A DNA stretch of 64,000 bases from Setoptus koraiensis (lineage: Eukaryota > Animalia > Arthropoda): contig CM106585.1 of NCBI GenBank assembly GCA_048013815.1, positions 23,002,001 to 23,066,000 of the forward strand, in the 5' to 3' direction. A program made the position numbers and the translations under genes. Below the pieces are notes generated by a model. It did no database searches, was not told the DNA's origin, and saw only the letters and a list, made by a program, of their open reading frames with translations. Positions 1-10,305 of the stretch are shown piece after piece. Position 1 is the stretch's first letter, and every line of letters starts with the position of its first letter.

Positions 1-2
1 TA

Positions 3-452
3 TTGGGAGGCACAGAAAAAGAGAACGTGTTTAGTTTAGAGGGAAGCGATCTCACTGAACGTATTGTTGACACCGTTGATTTTGTCAAAGAGAAACCCTA
101 CTGTGCTGATGACTCCCCAGAAGATGATCCACTTGTCTATGAATCTACCAAAAAGAAGCGCGGCCCACTTAAAGAGGATTGGCTCACAGAGCGAACTGAC
201 GACAATAGTCAACTTCTAATGTGTGTTTACAAATTATGTAAAGTGCAATTCGGTTATTGGCCGATGCAGTACAGAGTAGAGCAATTCATTCACGATTACA
301 TTCGAAAGGAATTAGTGCGTGCTCACAGACAAGTCTGGGCTTGGCAGGACGAATGGGTCGATTTGACTATGGAAGATATAAGACAAATGGAGAAAGAAAC
401 TCAAGAATGTTTGGCGAAGATGATGGACAAGGGATCTGATAAAGGGGGATAA
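3..452 (+). CDS. Phosphatidylinositol transfer protein, C-terminal half of a class IIA (rdgB/PITPNM-type) PITP domain; 5' part lies outside the window
   Basis: RGPLKEDW, MCVYKLCKVQF and RAHRQVWAWQDEW..LTMEDIRQMEKETQ match the PITP domain; RAHRQxWAWQDEW is rdgB-alpha-like. TAA at 450-452. Confidence 0.9.
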   Translation: MGGTEKENVFSLEGSDLTERIVDTVDFVKEKPYCADDSPEDDPLVYESTKKKRGPLKEDWLTERTDDNSQLLMCVYKLCKVQFGYWPMQYRVEQFIHDYIRKELVRAHRQVWAWQDEWVDLTMEDIRQMEKETQECLAKMMDKGSDKGG

Positions 453-453
453 C

Positions 454-1026
454 CTATAACTCATCAAAGTATTCATTCATATCTTCAGATGTCAATTCCA
501 AAACTTGGGTTAGGTCACATTCAATATCCGGAAGTTTATCACTATCAAGGAATCTGGCTGATTCGGCAACTGCTGGATGCCAATGGAAGCGCAAAGGTGC
601 GATCTCCCATAAGCAACTTTCCATGGCACTACATTTTTGAAAATCACTCTCGTTTTCATCGTATGGGTCCTGATTTTTCATATAATCTAATGTAATTCTA
701 CTATTGTTTGGCTCCAAAGAATTAATAAACTGGTTGACCCTGTCCTTGAGTGTTATTAGAGTGGGATGTCTCATAAGTAGATTGCATATGAATGGTAGAA
801 TCGTCATAAGACATTCTGGTGGAGCTCCGAGTGACAGCCTAGAGAGTTTTTTGATGAAAGCGGCCACAATGTAAGCCGGTAACTTGCTTGAGCTCAAAAA
901 TGTATCCGCTTGATGAAAGAAATCTGCTCTGTCATCTATGTCTAGGCTTAAAGCTTCATAGAGTCTTACATAAAGGTCCGAGGAACCCTTTGGGTTAAAT
1001 GTACTAAGTTGTTTTAGTAAAGACAT
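454..1026 (-). CDS. NOC4L: Nucleolar complex protein 4 homolog, C-terminal CBF/Mak21 region (upstream part out of frame, see findings)
   Basis: DLYVRLY..RADFFHQADTFLSSSKLPAYIVAAFIKKLSRLSLGAPP..LPFICNLLMRHP and DPY..CSAMESCLWEI..L.FHWHP.VA match Noc4/NOC4L. Candidate 59-nt intron at 1040-1098 (GTATGT..TTTAG). Confidence 0.85.
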   Translation of the reverse strand: MSLLKQLSTFNPKGSSDLYVRLYEALSLDIDDRADFFHQADTFLSSSKLPAYIVAAFIKKLSRLSLGAPPECLMTILPFICNLLMRHPTLITLKDRVNQFINSLEPNNSRITLDYMKNQDPYDENESDFQKCSAMESCLWEIAPLRFHWHPAVAESARFLDSDKLPDIECDLTQVLELTSEDMNEYFDEL

Positions 1027-1936
1027 CCTGAAGATCCACCTAAATTATTGTAAGCTAATGTAGATGTGAATTGCCGATCCAGTTGCATGTCAACATACCA
1101 TATAAGCTGGATTTCAAACACGCAAAAACACCAACAACGTGTCCAACTCTGTCTCTATTATATGTGCAAATTTCGAAACGAACAATAGATCCAACGTGAG
1201 CACAGATCGTACTTCAGCCCAAACTATATGGATCTCAATGAACAACCGGATCGCACGCTCTTCACAGACATTAAACCCAGCTCAAGCGGCGCACAGATTT
1301 CTGCCGAACGTTCTGTGCTCTGGTGTTTCTGTTCGTGACTCAAGCAGCTTGCAGTTTTCGCTCAATGCATTGTATAGGACGGTATTGGATAGACAGCTTA
1401 GGCAGTATATATTGATATTTATAGGTTTTCGCGTGTCAATGCTACTGAGTCTCTCCACTATAACTGATTCACTCTATGACACTTTTATTTCTTCATTTTA
1501 TCTCTACAGTCTATTCTGATCCCTTGTTGGGGATGACTTAACTAGAGCGACAACAAGTTGCCAACTCAATATCTTTGAATGCATACACGCTCTAGCGGTG
1601 GTTACATATCAAGAGATTCGTCCATGTTGTTCGTGCTTCTTCTGAATATATCAACACTGATTAGGCTTGATCTTTACTTTGGTGGTTATGCGTATATCAT
1701 TCATGATGATTAACTGGCTCAGAAGTAGAGAGTAGATGGTACTTAGATCATTCATGAATAAGATTGATTGAATGAGAGTGAACCTGTTACTTGTTATGAT
1801 AGATTCGGATAGAGTCAAACAGTCGTGCCACAGACTTGAAAGTGGATATTGTCACGTTATTGTAATCAAAAGACAGGGTTGCTTATTTGGTTGAAGTTTA
1901 GCTAAAACACCTTTAGCTAACTGGTATCCTGTGGAA

Positions 1937-3446
1937 ATGGTTACACAATCTATGTTAGAGGGGAGCTTACCTGAGGGAGATGGTCACAATGCGCAAACCA
2001 TAGGTTACATAAAGGTGTACAAAAGAAGATATCTCATTTTATACTTATTTTGCCTTTGTTCCATGACGAATTCGTTCCAATGGATTCAGTATGCGAGTAT
2101 TAATGATACGTTTAGTAGTTATTACGGCGTGCCTGCTTCCTGGATTAATTGGACCTCCATCGTATTCATGCTTGTCTACATACCTCTCATTGTTCCTGCA
2201 AGTTGGTTGTCAGAGTTTATTGGTATCAGGAATTGCATTATAATAGGTTCGGCAGGAACAACTCTGGGTGCTTGCGTCAAAATATTTAGCCTTGATAGAG
2301 ATGGCTTCTACATTACCATGGTAGGCCAAACTATAGTAGCAGTCTCTCAGTTATATATTATTAGTATACCTCCAGCTTTGGCTTCAGTGTGGTTTCCTGA
2401 TGATCAAGTTTCTATTGCAACAGCTTTTGGAGTATTCGGCAACCAACTGGGGATAGGATTGGGATTCATCATACCGCAAGCTCTAATATCCAATCACAGG
2501 GACATGGATTCTATAAAAGTTGGATTGCAAAGGTTAATCTATTCGCTTGGTCTTTTTTCGGGACTAATAACTCTACTGATTGTAATTTTCTTCCAGGAAA
2601 ATCCACCAAAAACACCAGGTATAGCAAGATTACGGCAAATCAATGAATCGCGCCAATTCCAACAAGACAAAACTAACCCATCAGAGGCCTCTAGAAATTC
2701 TCAACTTGGAATATCTTACAAGCAGACACTTGTGAAACTCTTGAAGGATAAGAATTTTATGTATCTATTTGCAAGTTATGGAATTAATGGTGGAGTATTC
2801 TATGCTATGTCGACTATACTAAGTCAGTTACTGACGCCCAATTTCCATGATCAATCTATCATAGCCAAAGTGGGTCTAACTATTACCATCTCCGGAATGA
2901 TAGGTTCCATACTTTGCGGTTATGCTCTGGACAGATCTCACGCATACAAAACTGTTACCATACTCATCTACATAGCAACTTTGGTATCATTCGTTGCCAT
3001 TGGATATGCTATGAAAACTCAACAAACAATTGCATTATATTGCGCATTTGCAGCCTTGGGCTTCTTTCAAACTGGATATTTACCGATTGGTTTTGAGTTT
3101 GCCACGGAGATTATTTTTCCGTTATCAGAGAGCACTTCCGCTGGCCTGCTGAACATGTCCACTCAGGTAATTTATTTATTTAAACAACAAGCCAACATTC
3201 GAGCTTATACCGCGAGAGCGTACCTCCCCCCCGCCTTATAGATGCTGACAATTCTTTCTATGTCAAAATCCCTATTTTATCACACAGATTTTCGGTATTG
3301 CCATAACCTATCTATCTGGACTACTAATTCAAAACTATGGAGACTTTGCCACGAACGTCTTTTTCTTTTGCAGTGTGATTGTTTGCCTCATACTCACAGT
3401 ATTGATCAGGGTTGAAATGAAGCGACAAAACTCTATAAAATCTTGA
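1937..3446 (+). CDS. FLVCR: FLVCR-family MFS transporter (choline/ethanolamine/heme); join(1937..3166,3288..3446)
   Basis: IKVYKRRYLIL, NSFQWIQYA, WFPDDQVSIA, GVFGNQLGIGLGF and TGYLPIGFEFATE motifs; about 12 TM segments. GT-AG intron 3167-3287 restores the last TM helices; TGA at 3444-3446. Confidence 0.92.
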
Positions 3447-3780
3447 TATTTCATCCGAGATGACGATAATTGTTGGAACCTATGAATCGAACAAGATTAC
3501 AAGAAAACTCCAAGTGCGAAATAAAATTTTGATGCTTTGATTTTGGCGCTGACAATTGCGCATGCGCTTGAAAAAATATCTTGTGTTCATTTTTGAAAAT
3601 GCATTGTGAAAGGCAGAGTGGTCACAAAAGAATTTATCTCGACCTGTCATTTCACCAGATATTGTACTAATCTAGGATAATTTCTATAAACGTATCATAG
3701 TATATATGTTGATTGTCTATAATATATAATATATACTATATACTATATTTGATATTTTAATATCATTCTGGATGTAAAAA

Positions 3781-5646
3781 ATGTCTATTATTATACGATT
3801 GCAAAATCTTCCTCTAGAGGCAAATTCTTTAGATATTCGTAGATACTTTCATGGTTTAACTATACCAGACGGGGGTGTTCATATTGTAGGAGGAGAATAT
3901 GGCGATGCATTCATCGCATTCGCCAGCGATGAGGATGCTCGCCAGGCCATGGCCAGGGATAATGGAATTATAAAATCGTCCCGGATAAAATTACTATTAT
4001 CATCTCGTACAGAGATGCAATCAGTCATAGAGCAGGCTAGACAACAGGCGGCTGCTATAGCGCAACAACAGCAGCAACAGCAACAACAGAATCAACTTCA
4101 AATTGATGGTAAACAGCAGGGCAACATGTTTGACATCAGTAGCCTCTTGTCACAGAATCAAATTATTAAAGACGCTTTGCCAATGTTGCAACTCCTACTA
4201 CCACAACAAATGCATCCACAACAACAGGCCCCATCTCAACAACAGAATCAAATGATGACATTGCAGCAGCATCAGCAGCAGCAGCAGGCCTCTCCTCAGC
4301 AACAGCATCAACTGATGGCAATCCAGCAGCAGCAACAACAACAACAACAACAGCAACAACAACAGCAACAACAACAACAGGCCCAATCTCAACAGCAAAC
4401 GGGCTCTAGTGTGTCTAAAGACTTGGTTTTATTTATGAAAGGGTTGCCTTGGGCTAATTGTAATGATAGAGACGTTATTGCTTTCTACGAAGACATACCG
4501 GTTGTCGATTGTGTCGTTGAATCCGATCCCAGGGGAAAACCGACAGGTAATGCCTATGTTGAGTTTCCTACTGAACAAAATCTAGAAGCCGCGTTCAAGT
4601 TGAATAGGAAACATATGGGCAAGAGGTATATAGAGTTGTTTCGTTCTAAACGTTCTGAGATGCTCAGTGCTAATAGACTTACTGATTCGAGACAGGCTTC
4701 TCTGGCTGCAGGAGGTGGTGTTACAGGGGGTGGCCAAACTGTGTATCAAGCAAGCAATCTCGCTAATAGAGATCTTGTTGGATCTTTTGACCAAATGCAA
4801 ACCTATTGTGTTAGTGTCAGGGGTCTTCATCCATTGACTGCTAATCGCGAAGTTACTGATTACTTTCAAGAGGTTGATGCACGACCCTATGCTATTCATA
4901 TAATGTTAAAACCTAATGGTGAGAATGCCGGTGAGGCTTTTGTAGAGTTTATTTCAAGCGAACATCAACAGATAGCTTTGCGTCGTGATGGTCAGTTATT
5001 CGGTAATAATAGAATATCTGTTAGCTCTGTGCCATACGATTATATGAGATCTGTAATTGGCAACCTGTCTGCTCCTACTCCATCCGTGCAGCCACCCATT
5101 GTTCAGGGTTTGCAACAACAGCAGCTGACTCCTATGGGTCCGGCTTTGTTGCCTTCCTTACAAAACAATTCACCTATTGCTCTTCAGATAGGACCTCTAG
5201 GACTTGGATCGCATGCGGCAGCGGCACCTCTTATGGGCGGCGGTAACGGCCAACCAGCTTATCTAATGCAAATCAATCAGAATAATGGACAACAGAACAA
5301 CTTTAAAAATAATAATAATGATCAAGATGATGTTCTTGAGCATAGGGCGAAAAAGCGTCGTCAGGCTGGACTTCGGGGTGGTAATGAGAGTCTATTTGCT
5401 GACAAGAGATGTGTATTGGCTGCAACAAACATTCCCTATCGTGCTACTTCTGACGATATAAAATCCTTTTTCGCTGACTTCGGTATTACTGAGGATGCCA
5501 TTCAACGTCGTTACAATCAAAAGGGTCAACCTACTGCGGATGCAAAGGTTGCTTTCTCATCTCCGGATGACGCTATGAAAGCTATAAAATTGATGAACAA
5601 GAAAAATCTATGCGGGCGTCCGGTATTTCTCAAGCCTTCGGCCTAA
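3781..5646 (+). CDS. RBM12: RNA-binding protein 12-like, four RRMs with polyQ linker
   Basis: N-terminal IIRLQNLP..DIRRYFHGLTIPDGGVHIVGGEYGDAFIAFASDEDARQAM is the RBM12 signature; three further RRMs; single exon. Confidence 0.9.
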   Translation: MSIIIRLQNLPLEANSLDIRRYFHGLTIPDGGVHIVGGEYGDAFIAFASDEDARQAMARDNGIIKSSRIKLLLSSRTEMQSVIEQARQQAAAIAQQQQQQQQQNQLQIDGKQQGNMFDISSLLSQNQIIKDALPMLQLLLPQQMHPQQQAPSQQQNQMMTLQQHQQQQQASPQQQHQLMAIQQQQQQQQQQQQQQQQQQQAQSQQQTGSSVSKDLVLFMKGLPWANCNDRDVIAFYEDIPVVDCVVESDPRGKPTGNAYVEFPTEQNLEAAFKLNRKHMGKRYIELFRSKRSEMLSANRLTDSRQASLAAGGGVTGGGQTVYQASNLANRDLVGSFDQMQTYCVSVRGLHPLTANREVTDYFQEVDARPYAIHIMLKPNGENAGEAFVEFISSEHQQIALRRDGQLFGNNRISVSSVPYDYMRSVIGNLSAPTPSVQPPIVQGLQQQQLTPMGPALLPSLQNNSPIALQIGPLGLGSHAAAAPLMGGGNGQPAYLMQINQNNGQQNNFKNNNNDQDDVLEHRAKKRRQAGLRGGNESLFADKRCVLAATNIPYRATSDDIKSFFADFGITEDAIQRRYNQKGQPTADAKVAFSSPDDAMKAIKLMNKKNLCGRPVFLKPSA

Positions 5647-8075
5647 TCTCTAAATTCTTTTCTTGTCTTTTCAGATGATCATCGGTGATAAAAACAAAAA
5701 AAAACAATCGACTCAAGAGAGACACGAGCAAGAAAGTAACCCTGCTAAAGCTATAATAAAATTCTTAAACCAACCACACCAAACAATCGATTTCAAGGCT
5801 CATTCACTCAATCTCGAAAGAAACGTCTTGATTTAATTGATCGGCCAGCAACGAGATTCTCTCCTCCGATTCTATCTAATCTAGACACTGGATCGATCTA
5901 ATTTGGTTATTTTGTCATTAGTAGCATCAACTCAAAGAAAACCACTATATGATATCTTTGGTTTTACTAAGCAATTGTTGTTATCGATGTTTACACCAAC
6001 CACAAGCAACAACAACAACAACTTGTCTCACTCAAGATGGAAGTTGCGACGGAAAAGGACATATTTGTTTGTTTGACATGTTGATATCGCACTGAATATG
6101 TAATCTATACGGATCGTATAATACGATGGTGTCTATACGTGATCATGATCTCAATCAACATGAGCTGATCATTATCTTTTTGTAAGTGTTACGACTCATA
6201 AATTATAAGTGTCATATCGTTACTCTTGTCAACTTAACTAATAGTTGTGAGTATGAACGTAATCATCAGCGACAACATGAGGATTACTATTTGAACATGA
6301 GCGAAAACTTTTCAAGCTGGAGAATTCACAGAAAAACAAGCTGTCATGTTGTACTACCAGCTTGGCACGTGATACATACTGGCTCATAGTTTGCTGGGAG
6401 GGAGGTTGAGATTTCAATGTATATCTCTCATGCATAGTATTGCTACCAATCAATCAGGTTGAGATATGAACAGTATAGAAAAGATCAGTCGGATGGGAGT
6501 GAGGCTCAGGGCTTATTTGGATAATGATGATTAATTAGTAGACATGTTATCCTGATGTTGACATTTGTGATGTTACTTAATATATGTCGTAATCGCGATC
6601 TAGCAAGTCTTTAACTGTCTGCGATATGCAAAGAGTCGATCTTGAGTAGTAGAGTTTATTTTTCCTTCAATAACTCACTTGTCAGAACTCTATATAGATA
6701 GATGTACCTGGTATTGTGGTCTTCAGTACTACTATGTAATAGAACACCATTGCAGCAGTGCACTACATCGTTTTGTTTCTTCGTCGGACTCTAGTGAAAG
6801 GTGAGACACATCAGAATACTCATTGAGTTGCGCGTCTCCGCGATAACGAGCGGGATAATAGAACAGTAACTATAGTCACTATAGTACTGTGGTATATGTT
6901 TCGTGCAATATCCAACTCATTCTTCAGCTGTGACTCATTCGTTCGAAGAACAACTAGACAGCAAACCTTGCATATGTCGAGCCAGCGTTTGTTTTTATAG
7001 GCCAAGAGCGGAGTTCAAGTTTGCTCATGCTACAATGGTAGCCGCTAACAGTATCAATATGACCGGACTATATGGACTTGCGCAAGAATATTCCTGTTGG
7101 GCCCAGCTAAAGCCTAGCTTTAACTCAAAAAGCACACCGTGACAGCATGTCATTGTTTTAGTGCATACTGCACTGAAAGTTTATAAGTATTCTAGTTTAG
7201 GTGACAAAATTCAAGGAACTAGAAGAAACTAGAAATGAGAATCGATTCTATCGGTTTATATCTCGTTCATCTAGAATCATGATGATCTAGCACAAATGAT
7301 AATGGTCGTACCAACAACATCGGTACTGTTGATTGTTAGATGGCATCTTCTCAAGACATCTGCAATATATTGTTGAGAAACGAGAATATAGCTCTACTGC
7401 TGCTACTATTATCATTTTCATCATATATCGATATCTACATCTTGATCTACAACAACATTAAACCTGACACACCAAAGAAAGTTCATTATATTCATTAATC
7501 AACGAAAGACATCATAAAAACAAAATTCAATTTAGGCAACATCATATCATTATTAGATCTTATCTGTTTATAAGTAAAATGAATATTATTATTATTACTA
7601 TTGTCAAGTGATTGATACTCAAATAAATCTACATTTAATCAAGAAAAACACATCTTATAAAGAATAGTTGCTGATGAAAGAGGAGGCTCTTCAGTCGGAA
7701 GGGGGCACGTCATTATGATGATGAAAATCAACAACCTCTTACTCAATAACAATGGCGGTAGATAATGCTGTATTGATCTGTCCAATACAACCAACTATTG
7801 AGCCACTTAATATCGCCAGATCATAATTATTATGATATTTATTTGTACAGCCGACATAATAGCTGAAGGCGATATAGTTGTATATATAACAAATTCTCAG
7901 AAGGTTCTTGATTCATTGCAAGAACCATTGAAAAGACAGATCAACTAATAGGATTATCTTCCTTCTGCACAACAAGCTAATTATATTGATAAGACACAGG
8001 TCTTCGACACCAATTATAACAAAAACTAAAAAGAAACCATCTTCATTTGTCAGAGAAAACACATAACATATTGAG

Positions 8076-9929
8076 ATGACCGCTCATGAATGCCGCTTCG
8101 GCGGCACCACCAATCACCACGAAACGTTCTTGACAGTATTTAAAGTTCACGGTGGTAACGCCATTCAGATGTGGCCAGATGAGTTCAAGAATATAAGCTC
8201 GATAGCCAATGGAGACGTTTGTCATCATGTTCACCAAGATGATGTATTTATGCCCATAGAAAAAAGATCAGTTTACGCCTCCTTGAGCAGTAGTGTTAAT
8301 AGCTTGGGTACTATAAGCGACAACAGCGAAGTCAAGAACATTGACGAAGATAAAATGGCCGATTTCAGTGACGAAGACAATAAAAATTTTGAGGAGGAGA
8401 TGAAGGAATCCAGAAATAGGCCACGAGGCTACAAATCAGAGGATAGAGACCTCATACAGACATCCTCTGGTTGCAAGTCGCCTTCTATTCATTATAAGTT
8501 TCGTTTGGCCCACCATCATGGCAATCATGAATCTATTGATGAGGATCACATAAGGATGTTCGTACTTCAGCAGCCCGCCAGGGAATCGGAACAGTGCCAT
8601 CTGCATGACCAATGCAAATCTGGTCAAGTGTTTGATCCTAACGATTTAGCTATTTATATCACAGAGCCCGTAGTTGGCAACAACAAAGTTACATATGCCA
8701 TAGATTTTAGTGTTAGTGAAGGTGCTCATAATGGCATTATTGAAACTAGACACATTGGAACAGCTTACCTGTATTTGGAACCTAGATTTTCGACCCATGG
8801 TATTCAAAGAACTCCAATCATTGGTACGCACAAGTCGGCTCCTATTGGACAGATTAAAATTGAGTATCTTATAATAACTAACCCTTTGGCTTATGAACTC
8901 GATTGTCCCAAGCCCGATTGGTTGCGCAATAAACAAATGGATGCTGGACATAGAGGCGCTGGATCTGGCAGGCGAACAGATTTACCAGGTGGACTACTAG
9001 AGAACACTATAGCATCCTTCAATTACGCCGCCGATCACGGCGCCGATATGTGTGAATTGGATATATTTGTTTCACACGACGGCGTACCTGTTGTATATCA
9101 CGATTTTGATGTCGACGCTGTAACCGCTCATCAATCGAGCGACGAGATAGGTAAATTTAGGGTTCAAGTCAATGAATTCACTGTGAAACAATTGCGCGAT
9201 TTTAGACTCATGGCCATGCATCAAGATGGAGGCGAAACGTATACTCTCGACGTTCCTAACCAACCCATAGAGAACAGACCATTTCCAACTTTGGCAGAGG
9301 TCCTAGAACTAGTTAACCCTGCTTGTGGCTTCAACATCGAGCTGAAATGGCCTCAAGTTTTGGAAAGCGGTCATTGGGAGGCAAAAAAATATAGAGAGAT
9401 GAATGAATTTGTGGATAAGGTTCTCGATGTAGTTATGCTTCATGCCAAAGATCGTCGTATAGTTTTACAATGTTTCGAAGCGGACATTGTCATAATGTAA
9501 GTAACTCATTTTCTTGGATCTAGACCAACTTATTCTTAACAATACTTGTGGATAGTCTCTAACCACTGATTATACGTTATACTATTTTCCATTATCGCCA
9601 TCAGGCTACGTTTAAAACAGAACAGATTTCCTGTCTTTTTCCTCAGCGAAGGTATGACGGAAAGGTATGAGCGTTACTTGGATCCCCGTGCGAGATCCAT
9701 CAAGAATGGCACGTATTTCGCCGCTGCCTTTGACCTCGCTGGTATTGATTTGATAGCAGACTATTATCTCACCTCGGGTCCAGAACTCGTAAATTTTATA
9801 AAGAAGCAAAACTTGATCCCCCGTGCATGGGGAGGTGCGATCAACAACCCTAGCATTGTGAGACATCTCAAAACTATAGGCCTACAGTGCCTTACATATG
9901 ATAAAATAGATTTGTTGAAGCATTGTTGA
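8076..9929 (+). CDS. GPCPD1: Glycerophosphocholine phosphodiesterase (GDE5); join(8076..9496,9605..9929)
   Basis: DAGHRGAG..LENTIASF..AADHGADMCELD..SHDGVPVVYHDF, PFPTLAEVL and GFNIELKWP; GTAAGT..CATCAG intron gives MLRLKQNRFPVFFL. 3' end may have a further exon. Confidence 0.92.
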
Positions 9930-10305
9930 GTAGACACATGGACAAATCTCTGTGTTTTTCTTTACAATAGCCAATACCCACTGTCGTTCACCGTTCCGTA
10001 AAGATTGAAAGAGCCGGCCGAGACAATTTTAAATTTCAATTGTTATGCACATCGATACAATTTAATCAATAAAAAAAACTCATCGTGTACTCTGTTTAAT
10101 TTGTATATTGTCAACTATCTAAGGCGAAGTGAGATAGGAGGTCAAAATGTGCGGGACAGACGCTTTACATGTACAGAAACAAAGATAATAATGATAAATT
10201 TCTTTATTGTAGTAACCCGGGAAGTGTGGGCGATTAAATTCAGGATTGCATCTTCGGAAACGAATCTGAAATGTGGAAAAATACTTCATGTATCAATGTG
10301 ACAAT

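Noticed and set aside
4198-4398. Poly-Leu/poly-Val ORFs antisense to RBM12, NUCB2 (10273-11682) and MASK
   Set aside because: They are shadows of CAG/CAA-rich or codon-biased real genes on the opposite strand.
6186-7142. Short ORFs between RBM12 and GPCPD1
   Set aside because: 60-80 aa, no domain, on both strands; likely UTR or intergenic.
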